From: Vicinamibacterales bacterium
GTDB taxonomy: Bacteria > Acidobacteriota > Vicinamibacteria > Vicinamibacterales > UBA8438
Direction of reading: 5' to 3'
DNA length: 64,000 bases
Assembly: GCA_965203565.1 (NCBI GenBank)
Contig: OZ241896.1
Span: 681,707 to 745,706 of the forward strand
The position numbers and the translations under genes were made by a program. How positions within the stretch are numbered: the stretch's first letter is position 1; the number at the start of each line of letters is the position of its first letter. Shown here one piece after another: positions 35,576-43,791 of this stretch. Below the pieces are notes generated by a model. It searched no databases, was not told where the DNA came from, and saw only the letters and a program-made list of their open reading frames with translations.

Positions 35576-37602
35576 GGCCGCAACGGACGCATCCGGATCG
35601 TCTCCTCCCACAGAGCGGTCCAGACGCCGTCCTTTCTCTCGGTCTGTCCGGTCCTGACGTGATCGACGGCGTACTCCGGCAACCGAACGGTGATGAGGCA
35701 CTTCCCGTCGAACAGCGCCTGATCGGGCAGGTTGAAGTCCAGGTTGTCGTACCCGTCTCGAACGTGGTCACCGGGGAGGTCGTCCGCGTCCACGGGAACG
35801 ACGTGCAGAAAGAAACGCGCGGCCATGTCGGTCCGGACGCACGGCGCCCTGGCGTACGTCAGGGCGCCGCGGGCGGCGTCGAGGTATACGTCGTAGCGCA
35901 TGCGAGCAGCCGGCGCGCCCTGCGTCAACGACCGGTGCGTCTCGCGGAAGCGATCCAGGTGGAGACCCGCGCGGGAGTCGCCCAGGAGCGTCGGGTTGAG
36001 GCCGTACATCCTGACGATCGTGTTGCCGTACACCTTTCTGACCCGGACTTCCGGGACATACGCCTCCAGCTTGCGCGCATGCCGCGAATGAGCGACGACG
36101 ACGAAGTCGGCGTGACAGCCGTGCGCTCGTCCGGAGCGGATTCTCTTTTTCTGCATTTCGGAAAGAAGCCGCCGATTACGCCTTCCTCCGGTCACGCACA
36201 AGTTGGTCGACGGCCAGGTCTGCGCCAGATGACGCAGCGCGCCGAGGCTCGCCGTCTCCCAGTAATTCATGTCGTACTGCGTCCGGAGACGCTCCGGCGT
36301 CGTCCTGTCGACGAGGAAATTGAAGTAGACGTTCTGAAGCGGATGAATGCGGGCCATGGCGATCAGGATGCCCGCCGCCGCGACGCCCGCCGCCGCATAC
36401 GTCCCTCGGCGCGCCCAGGCGGCGTCGCCCGCCGCCAGCAGGCGCAGCCCGGACGCCGCCAGCAGGGAGAACGGCGCGTGCAGGAAATACAGGTGCCGCC
36501 ACTCGTCGTAGGTGTGCGCGCCCAGCGCCGCCACGGCGAGCGGCGGCGCCGTCAGACAGGCGGTCAGCAGAAGTCCGAACCGCAGCGGCGTGTTGCGAAG
36601 CGCCCGGCCGGGACGCGCGGCGGCGCGCCACGCAACGCCGACGATCCCGACGCCGCCCAGCAGCAACGTGAACGGCGGCGTCGTGATGGCGACCCACGTC
36701 GGAACGTAGCGCCACGGCAGATCGTCCGAATGAATCATCCTGCCCTGAAAGAGTTGCCGGATATGAAGCGGATGTTCGGAGAGGACCCGGAGCGCCTCGG
36801 CGAACTCCCGCGGATCGCTCCACAGGTACGGACTGATCGCGTACAGCGTCGCGGCGCCCGCCGCCGCGAATGCGCCGGCCGTCTTCAGAACGCGCCGGCG
36901 TTCGCTCCGCTCCGCGGCATGGAGCAGGTCCAACGCCCGCATGCCCAGCACGGCGGCGAAGAGCATCACGCCCATGATGCGCAGGTTCGTCAGCACCGCC
37001 GCCGCCGCTCCCAGGACCACGAACGCGCGGACCGTGTCCTTCTCGAACGCCCGGTGGGCCAGGTGCAGCGCGATCATGAACATCGCCAGGAAGGGGACGT
37101 CCTTGCTGTTGAAGAACGCGTGGGCGTACAGGCGGGGGTGGAGCAGGAACAGCAGCATCGCCAGGAGAGCGAGCGGTCCGCTGTCGAACAGCCGGCGGGC
37201 GAGCAGGAAACAGGCGAAGCCGCCGCACAGCCAGAACAGGTGGGTGGCGCCGTGGCGGAACAGATGCGCCGTGCGGCTGTCGTCGAGGCCGAGCGTCCGC
37301 TCGGCGAGCAGCAGCGGCAGCTCGAACGCCATGCCGTAGTACCGGTCGTGGGCCCAGGGAAAAAGATTGTGGGCGGACAGTGCGTCGTCGTCGCCCAGGG
37401 CGTACTCCAGGTTCGCCGCGGCGATTCGCCGCTGTGGGTCCGCGTCCTCCGAGATGCCGTAGTCGCCCACGACGGCGGCGCCCGCGGCGGCGAAGAGGAC
37501 CAGGATCGCGACGGCCCAGCAGCCCGTGGCAAAATCCCCGCTGCATTCGACGGGCGCTGCATCCCGGCTGAACTGCGTTGTTCGTCGGTCGAATATGGCC
37601 AA
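35572..37602 (-). CDS. GT-C-like membrane protein, array copy 3, N-terminus supplied by the MITE (TTG start)
   Basis: Starts MAIFDRRTTQFSRDAAPVECSGDFATGC (element-encoded), then WAVAILVLFAAAG (normal residue 12 onward). AGGAGG lies 7 nt upstream of the TTG. Confidence 0.5.
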   Translation of the reverse strand: MAIFDRRTTQFSRDAAPVECSGDFATGCWAVAILVLFAAAGAAVVGDYGISEDADPQRRIAAANLEYALGDDDALSAHNLFPWAHDRYYGMAFELPLLLAERTLGLDDSRTAHLFRHGATHLFWLCGGFACFLLARRLFDSGPLALLAMLLFLLHPRLYAHAFFNSKDVPFLAMFMIALHLAHRAFEKDTVRAFVVLGAAAAVLTNLRIMGVMLFAAVLGMRALDLLHAAERSERRRVLKTAGAFAAAGAATLYAISPYLWSDPREFAEALRVLSEHPLHIRQLFQGRMIHSDDLPWRYVPTWVAITTPPFTLLLGGVGIVGVAWRAAARPGRALRNTPLRFGLLLTACLTAPPLAVAALGAHTYDEWRHLYFLHAPFSLLAASGLRLLAAGDAAWARRGTYAAAGVAAAGILIAMARIHPLQNVYFNFLVDRTTPERLRTQYDMNYWETASLGALRHLAQTWPSTNLCVTGGRRNRRLLSEMQKKRIRSGRAHGCHADFVVVAHSRHARKLEAYVPEVRVRKVYGNTIVRMYGLNPTLLGDSRAGLHLDRFRETHRSLTQGAPAARMRYDVYLDAARGALTYARAPCVRTDMAARFFLHVVPVDADDLPGDHVRDGYDNLDFNLPDQALFDGKCLITVRLPEYAVDHVRTGQTERKDGVWTALWEETIRMRPLRP

Positions 37603-37677
37603 TATGCTCCCTCCTCACGCCTTGTCAGCCGGGCGCCCCGCCCGTCTCGGTGCGACGCGGGGTTTTACCACGGGCTG
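37520..37677 (-). mobile_element. 158-bp MITE-like element, B-subfamily, inserted after codon 11 of GT-C copy 3 (TSD CCAG/CCAA)
   Basis: TIRs CAGCCCGTGG/CCACGGGCTG. Flanks ggcCCAG|...|CCAAgtcc. Uninterrupted paralogues read ...CGGACCTGGGCC... across the site. Confidence 0.8.
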
Positions 37678-37710
37678 CCAAGTCCGGCAGGACATGCGGG
37701 AAATCGTCAT
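37615..37710 (-). other. orphaned original start of copy 3: 31-codon ORF (MTISRMSCRTW + 20 element-encoded codons)
   Basis: ATG 37710 overlaps the copy-4 stop as ATGA. Its stop TGA sits inside the element's GTGAGGAGGG, 12 nt upstream of TTG 37602. Confidence 0.5.
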
Positions 37711-39737
37711 GGCCGCAACGGACGCATCCGGATCGTCTCCTCCCACAGAGCGGTCCAGACGCCGCCCTTTCTCTCGGTCTGTCCGGTCCTGACGTGGTCG
37801 ACGGCGTACTCCGGCAACCGCATCGTCACGAGGCACTTCCCGTCGAACAGCGCCTGATCGGGCAGGTCGAAATCCAGGTGGTCGAAACCGTAACGCACCT
37901 GGTCGCCGGGCAGGTCGTCCGCGTCCACCGGAACGACGTGCAGGAAGAAACGCGCGGCCATGTCGGTCCGGACGCACGGCGCCTTGGCGTACGTGAGGGC
38001 GCCGCGGGCGGCGTCGAGGTATACGTCGTAGCGCATGCGAGCAGCCGGCGCGCCCTGCGTCAACGACCGGTACGTCTCGCGGAAGCGATCCAGGTGGAGA
38101 TCCGCGCGGGAGTCGCCCAGGAGCGCCGGGTTGACGCCGTACACGCTGGAGATCGTGTTGCCGTACACCTTTCTGACCCGGACTTCCGGAACATGCGCCT
38201 CCGGCTTGCGCGCATGCAGCGGATGAGCGACGACGACGAAGTCGGCGTGACGGCCGCGGCACGCTCGTACGGAGCGGATTCTCTTTTTCTGCATTTCGGA
38301 AAGAAGCCGCCGATTACGCCTTCCTCCGGTCACGCACAAGTTGGTCGACGGGTAGGTCTGCGCCAGATGACGCAGCGCGCCGAAGCCCGTCGTATCCCAG
38401 TAGCTCATGTCGTACTGCGTCCGAAGACGCTCCGGCGTCGTCCTGTCGACGAGGAAATTGAAGTAGGCGTTCTGAAGCGGATGAATGCGGGCCATGGCGA
38501 TCAGGATGCCCGCCGCCGCGACGCCCGCCGCCGCATACGTCCCTCGGCGCATCCAGGCGGGGTCGCGCGCCGCCAGCAGGCGCAGCCCGGACGCCGCCAG
38601 CAGGCAGAGCGGCGCATGCAGGAAATACAGGTGCCGCCACCCGTGGTAGACGTGCGCGCCCAGCGCCGCCACGGCGAGCGGCGGCGCCGCCAGACAGGCG
38701 GCCGTCAGGCATTCCAGCCGCAGCGTCGTGTTGCGCAGCGCCAGACCGGGACGCGCGGCGACGCGCCACGCAACGCCGACGACTCCGACGCCGGCCAGCA
38801 GCAGCGTGAACGGCGGCGTCGTGATGGCGACCCACGTCGGAACGTAGCGCCACGGCAGATAGTCCGGACGAATCATCCTGCCCTGAAAGAGTTGCCGAAG
38901 AGTAGTCGGATGTTCGGAGAGGTCCCGGAGCGCTCCGGCGAACTCGCGCGGGTCGCTCCACAGGTACGGACTGATCGCGTACAGCGTCGCGGCGCCTGTC
39001 GCAGCGAACGCGCCGGCCGTCGCCAGAACGCGCCGGCGTTCGCTCCGCTGCGCCGCGCAGAGCAGGTCGCACGCCCGCATGCCCAGCACGGCGGCGAAGA
39101 ACATCACGCCCATGATGCGGAGGTTCGTCAGCACCGCCGCCGCCCCCCCCAGGATCACGAACGCGCGGACCGTGTCCTTCTCGAACGCCCGGTGGACCAG
39201 GTGCAGCGCGATCATGAACATCGACAGGAAGGTAACGTCCTTGCTGTTGAAGAACGCGTGGGCGTACAGGCGGGGATGGAGCAGGAACAGCAGCATCGCC
39301 AGGAGAGCGAGGGGCCCGCTGTCGAACAGCCGGCGGGCGAGCAGGAAGCAGGCGAAGCCGCCGCACAGCCAGAACAGGTGGGTGGCGCCGTGGCGGAACA
39401 GATGCGCCGTGCGGCTGTCGTCGAGGCCGAGCGTCCGCTCGGCGAGCAGCAGCGGCAGCTCGAACGCCATGCCGTAGTACCGGTCGTGGGCCCGGGGAAG
39501 ATTGTGGGCGGACAGTGCGTCGTCGCGGCCCAGGACGTACTCCAGGTTCGCCGCGGCGATTCGCCGCTGTGGGTCCGCGTCCACCGAGACGCCGTAGTCG
39601 CCCACGACGGCGGCGCCCGCGGCGGCGAAGAGGACGAGAATCGCGACGGCCCAGCAGCCCGTGGCAAAATCCCCGCTGCATTCGACGGGCGCTGCATCCC
39701 GGCTGAACTGCGTTGTTCGTCGGTCGAATATGGCCAA
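37707..39737 (-). CDS. GT-C-like membrane protein, array copy 4, N-terminus supplied by the MITE (TTG start)
   Basis: Same architecture as copy 3. Confidence 0.5.
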   Translation of the reverse strand: MAIFDRRTTQFSRDAAPVECSGDFATGCWAVAILVLFAAAGAAVVGDYGVSVDADPQRRIAAANLEYVLGRDDALSAHNLPRAHDRYYGMAFELPLLLAERTLGLDDSRTAHLFRHGATHLFWLCGGFACFLLARRLFDSGPLALLAMLLFLLHPRLYAHAFFNSKDVTFLSMFMIALHLVHRAFEKDTVRAFVILGGAAAVLTNLRIMGVMFFAAVLGMRACDLLCAAQRSERRRVLATAGAFAATGAATLYAISPYLWSDPREFAGALRDLSEHPTTLRQLFQGRMIRPDYLPWRYVPTWVAITTPPFTLLLAGVGVVGVAWRVAARPGLALRNTTLRLECLTAACLAAPPLAVAALGAHVYHGWRHLYFLHAPLCLLAASGLRLLAARDPAWMRRGTYAAAGVAAAGILIAMARIHPLQNAYFNFLVDRTTPERLRTQYDMSYWDTTGFGALRHLAQTYPSTNLCVTGGRRNRRLLSEMQKKRIRSVRACRGRHADFVVVAHPLHARKPEAHVPEVRVRKVYGNTISSVYGVNPALLGDSRADLHLDRFRETYRSLTQGAPAARMRYDVYLDAARGALTYAKAPCVRTDMAARFFLHVVPVDADDLPGDQVRYGFDHLDFDLPDQALFDGKCLVTMRLPEYAVDHVRTGQTERKGGVWTALWEETIRMRPLRP

Positions 39738-39812
39738 TATGCTCCCTCCTCACGCCTTGTCAGCCGGGCGCCCCGCCCGTCTCGGTGCGACGCGGGGTTT
39801 CACCACGGGCTG
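39655..39812 (-). mobile_element. 158-bp MITE-like element, B-subfamily, inserted after codon 11 of GT-C copy 4 (TSD CCAG)
   Basis: Flanks ggcCCAG|CAGCCCGTGG...CCACGGGCTG|CCAGgtcc. Confidence 0.8.
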
Positions 39813-39845
39813 CCAGGTCCGACAGGACATGCGGGAAATCGTCAT
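39750..39845 (-). other. orphaned original start of copy 4: 31-codon ORF reading into the MITE
   Basis: Identical arrangement to 37615-37710. ATG 39845 overlaps the copy-5 stop. Confidence 0.5.
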
Positions 39846-41791
39846 GGCCGCAACGGACGCATCCGGATCGTCTCCTCCCACAGAGCGGTCCAGACGCCGT
39901 CCTTCCTCTCGGTCTGTCCGGTCCTGACGTGGTCGACGGCGTACTCCGGCAACCGAACGGTGATGAGGCACTTCCCGTCGAACAGCGCGTGATCGGGCAG
40001 GTTGAAGTCCAGGTTGTCGTACCCGTCTCGACCGCGGTCGCCGGGGAGGTCGTCCGCGTCCACGGGAACGACGTGCAGGAAGAAACGTGCGGCCAAGTCG
40101 GCCGTAGCGCACGGCGCCCTGGCGTACGTGAGGGCGCCGCGGGCGGCGTCGAGGTATACGTCGTAGCGCATGCGAACCGCTGGCGCGCCCTGCGTCAACG
40201 ACCGGTGCGTCTCGCGGAAACGGTCCACGTGAAAATCGTCCAGCAGCGCCAGGTTGAGACCGTACAAACTGGCGATCGTGTTGCCGTACGCCTTTCTGGT
40301 CCAGACGGCCGGAGCATGCGTTTCGGACGAACCCCTCCGGGCGGTGGCGCCTGCGAAGACGAAATCGGAGCGGCCGCGGCGTCTGAATCTGATCCTCTTT
40401 CTCTGCGCTTCGGAGAGAAGGTGATGGTCACGCGCTCTCCCCGTCACGCACAAACGGGTCGACGGCCAGGTTCGCGCCAGGTGATGCAGCCCGCCGAAGC
40501 GCGTCATCTCCCAGAGATTCATCTCGTACTGCGTCCGGAGATGCTCCGGCGTCGTCCTGTCGACGAGGAAATTGAAGTAGACGTTCTGAAGCGGATGGAT
40601 GCGCGCCATGGCGATCAGGATGCCCGCCGCCGCGACGCCCGCCGCCGCATACGCTCCTCGGCGCGCCCAGGCCGCGTCGCGCGCCGCCAGCAGGCGCAGC
40701 CCGGACGCCGCCAGCAGCGCGAGCGGCGCATGCAGGAAATACAGGTGCCGCCACCCGTCGTAGGTGTGCGCGCCCAGCGCCACGGCGAGCGGCGGCGCCG
40801 TCAGACAGGCGGCCGCCAGGCATTCGAGCCGCAGCGGCGTGTTGCGAAGCGCCCGGCCGGGACGTGCGGCCGCGCGCCACGCAACGCCGACGACCCCGAC
40901 GCCGCCCAGCAGCAGCGTGAACGGCGGCGTCGTGACCGCCATCCACGTCGGAACGTAGCGCCACGGCAGATCGTCCGAATGAATCATCCTGCCCTGAAAG
41001 ACTTGCCAGGAATGATGCGGATGTTCGGAGAGGACCCGGAGCGCCTCGGCGAACTCACGCGGGTCGCTCCACAGGTACGGACTGATCGCGTACAGCGTCG
41101 CAGCGCATGCCGCCCCGAACGCCGCTGTCGTCTTCAGAACGCGCCGGCGCTCGCTCCACTGCGCAGCGCAGAGCAGGTCGCACGCCCGCATGCCCAGCAC
41201 GGCGGCGAAGAGCATCAGGCCCATGATGCGGAGGTTCGTCAGCACCGCCGCTCCCGCCCCCAGGACCGCGAACGCGCGAACCGTGTCCTTCTCGAACGCC
41301 CGGTGGACCAGGCACAGCGCGATCATGAACATCGCCAGGAAGGGGACGTCCATGCCGTTGAAGAACGCGTGCGCGTACAGGCGGGGGTGGAGCAGGAACA
41401 GCAGCATCGCGGCGAGCGCCGGCGGACCGCTGTCGAACAGCCGGCGGGCGAGCAGGAAGCAGGCGAAGCCGCCGCACAGCCAGAACAGGTGGGTGGCGCA
41501 GTGACGCAGCAGATACGCCGTGCGGCTGTCGTCGAGGCCGAGCGCCCGCTCGGCGAGCAGCAGCGGCGCCTCGAACGCCACGCCGTAGTACCGGTGGTGG
41601 TCCGGCAGGCCGCGAAACGACAACGCGTCGTCGTCGCCCAGGACGTATTCCAGGTTCGCCGCAGCGGTTTTCCGATGTCTTGCCGTGTCCGGCGAAGCGC
41701 CGTAGTCACCCACGACAACGCCGCCCGCGGCGGCGAAGAGGACGAGGATCGCGACGGCCCACGTCCGGCAGGAGATGCGGGAAATCGTCAT
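39842..41791 (-). CDS. GT-C-like membrane protein, array copy 5
   Basis: MTISRISCRTWAVAILVLFAAAGGVVVGDYG... Conserved blocks present. ATGA overlap with copy 6. Confidence 0.6.
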   Translation of the reverse strand: MTISRISCRTWAVAILVLFAAAGGVVVGDYGASPDTARHRKTAAANLEYVLGDDDALSFRGLPDHHRYYGVAFEAPLLLAERALGLDDSRTAYLLRHCATHLFWLCGGFACFLLARRLFDSGPPALAAMLLFLLHPRLYAHAFFNGMDVPFLAMFMIALCLVHRAFEKDTVRAFAVLGAGAAVLTNLRIMGLMLFAAVLGMRACDLLCAAQWSERRRVLKTTAAFGAACAATLYAISPYLWSDPREFAEALRVLSEHPHHSWQVFQGRMIHSDDLPWRYVPTWMAVTTPPFTLLLGGVGVVGVAWRAAARPGRALRNTPLRLECLAAACLTAPPLAVALGAHTYDGWRHLYFLHAPLALLAASGLRLLAARDAAWARRGAYAAAGVAAAGILIAMARIHPLQNVYFNFLVDRTTPEHLRTQYEMNLWEMTRFGGLHHLARTWPSTRLCVTGRARDHHLLSEAQRKRIRFRRRGRSDFVFAGATARRGSSETHAPAVWTRKAYGNTIASLYGLNLALLDDFHVDRFRETHRSLTQGAPAVRMRYDVYLDAARGALTYARAPCATADLAARFFLHVVPVDADDLPGDRGRDGYDNLDFNLPDHALFDGKCLITVRLPEYAVDHVRTGQTERKDGVWTALWEETIRMRPLRP

Positions 41792-43791
41792 GGCCGCAAG
41801 GGACTTATCCGGATCGTCTCCTCCCACAGAGCGGTCCAGACGTCGCCCTTCTTCTCGGTCTGTCCGGTCCTGACGTGATCGACGGCGTACTCCGGCAATC
41901 GGACGGCGACGAGGCATTTCCCGTCGAACCGCGCCTGCCGGGGCAGGTTGAAGTCCAGGTTGTCGAAACCGTGCCGAACCTGGTCGTCGGGCAGGTCGCC
42001 CGCGTCCACCGGAACGACGTGCAGGAAGAAACGCGCGCGCGAATCGGCCCAAACGCACGGCGCCCTGGCGTACGTCAGGGCGCCGCGGGCGGCGTCGAAG
42101 TACACGTCGTAGCGCGCGCGCGCCGACGGCGCGCCCTGCGTCAACGACCGGTACTTTTCGCGGGAGCGGTCCACGTGAAAATCGTCGAGCAGCGCCGGGT
42201 TGAGGCCGTACAACGTTGTAGAGATCGTGTTGCCGTACGCCTTCCTGGCCCAGACGACCGGAGCATGCGTCTCGGGCGGATCGTTCCCGGTGATTGTTGA
42301 CCAAGGCTCGGCGCCGAAGACGAAATCCACGCGGCCGCGGCACGCTTGCCGCTGGAAATCGGTCAATCTGGCCATGATTCTGTTTCTTTGCGCTTCGGGA
42401 AGCAGCAGTCGATGCCTCGGCTGGGTTCTGGTCATGCACAAATGGGGCGCTGGGTATTTCTGCGTCAGGTGGCGCAGCCCGCCGAGGTACGTAATCTCCA
42501 GGTAGTACATTTGGTACTGCGTTCGAAGACGCTCCGGCGTCGTCCTGTCGACGAGGAAATTGAAGTAGACGTGCTGAAGCGGATGAATGCGGGCCATGGC
42601 GATCAGAATGCCCGCCGCCGCGACGCCCGCCGCCGCATACGCCCCCCGGCGCACCCGGGCGGCGTCGCGCGCCGCCGGCAGGCGCAGCCCGGACGCCGCC
42701 AGCAGCGCGAGCGGCGCGTGCAGGAAATACAGGTGCCGCCACCCGTCGTAGGTGTGCGCGCCCAGCGCCGCCACGGCGAGCGGCGGCGCCGTCAGACAGA
42801 CGGCCGTCAGGCATTCCAGCCGCAGCGGCGTGTTGCGAAGCGCCTGTTCAGGACGCGCGGCCGCGCGCCACGCAACGCCGACGACCCCGACGCAACCCAG
42901 CAGCAGCGTGAACGGCGGCGTCGTGATCGCCATCCACGTCGGAACGTAACGCCACGGCAGATCGTCCGGCCAAACCGTTCGTCCCTGAAAGAGTTGCGGG
43001 ACATGGTTCGGGTGTTCGGAGAAGACCCGGAGCGCCTCGGCGAACTCACGCGGGTCGCTCCACAGGTACGGACTGACCGCGTACAGCGTCGCGGCCCACG
43101 CCGCCGCGAACGCCCCGGTCGTCTTCAGAACGCGCCTGCGCCCGCTCCGCTGCGCGGCATGGAGCAGGTCCAGCGCCCGCATGCCCAGCACGGCGGCGAC
43201 GAGCATCAGACCCATGACGCGGAGGTTCGTCAGCACCGCCGCCGCCGCTCCCAGGACCAAGAACGCGCGGACCGTGTCCTTCTCGAACGCCCGGTGGATC
43301 AGATACAGCGCGATCATGAACATCGACAGGAAGGGAACGTCCTTGCTGTTGAAGAACGCATGGGCGTACAGGCGGGGATGGAGCAGGAACAGCAGCATCG
43401 CCAGGAGAGCGATCGGCCCGCTGTCGAACAGCCGGCGGGCGAGCAGGAAGCAGGCGAAGCCGCCGCACAGCCAGAACAGGTGGGTGGCGCCGTGGCGCAG
43501 CAGGTACGCCGTGCGGCTGTCGTCGCGGCCGAGCGCCCGCTCGGCGAGGAGCAGCGGCAGCTCGAACGCCACGCCGTAATACCGGTCGGAAGCGAAGAGA
43601 TGATAGTCGCCGCCGACGGACAGTGCGTCGTCGTCGCCCAGGACGTACGCCAGGTTCGCCGCGGCGATCAGCTGCTGCTTGGGCTCGTCCACCGTGACGC
43701 CGTAGTCGTCCACGACGGCGGCGCCCGCGGCGGCGAAGAGGACGAGGATCGCGACGGCCCACGTCCAGCAGGAAATGCGGGAAATCGTCAT
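41788..43791 (-). CDS. GT-C-like membrane protein, array copy 6
   Basis: MTISRISCWTWAVAILV... Longer linker before the C-terminal domain. ATGA overlap with copy 7. Confidence 0.6.
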   Translation of the reverse strand: MTISRISCWTWAVAILVLFAAAGAAVVDDYGVTVDEPKQQLIAAANLAYVLGDDDALSVGGDYHLFASDRYYGVAFELPLLLAERALGRDDSRTAYLLRHGATHLFWLCGGFACFLLARRLFDSGPIALLAMLLFLLHPRLYAHAFFNSKDVPFLSMFMIALYLIHRAFEKDTVRAFLVLGAAAAVLTNLRVMGLMLVAAVLGMRALDLLHAAQRSGRRRVLKTTGAFAAAWAATLYAVSPYLWSDPREFAEALRVFSEHPNHVPQLFQGRTVWPDDLPWRYVPTWMAITTPPFTLLLGCVGVVGVAWRAAARPEQALRNTPLRLECLTAVCLTAPPLAVAALGAHTYDGWRHLYFLHAPLALLAASGLRLPAARDAARVRRGAYAAAGVAAAGILIAMARIHPLQHVYFNFLVDRTTPERLRTQYQMYYLEITYLGGLRHLTQKYPAPHLCMTRTQPRHRLLLPEAQRNRIMARLTDFQRQACRGRVDFVFGAEPWSTITGNDPPETHAPVVWARKAYGNTISTTLYGLNPALLDDFHVDRSREKYRSLTQGAPSARARYDVYFDAARGALTYARAPCVWADSRARFFLHVVPVDAGDLPDDQVRHGFDNLDFNLPRQARFDGKCLVAVRLPEYAVDHVRTGQTEKKGDVWTALWEETIRISPLRP

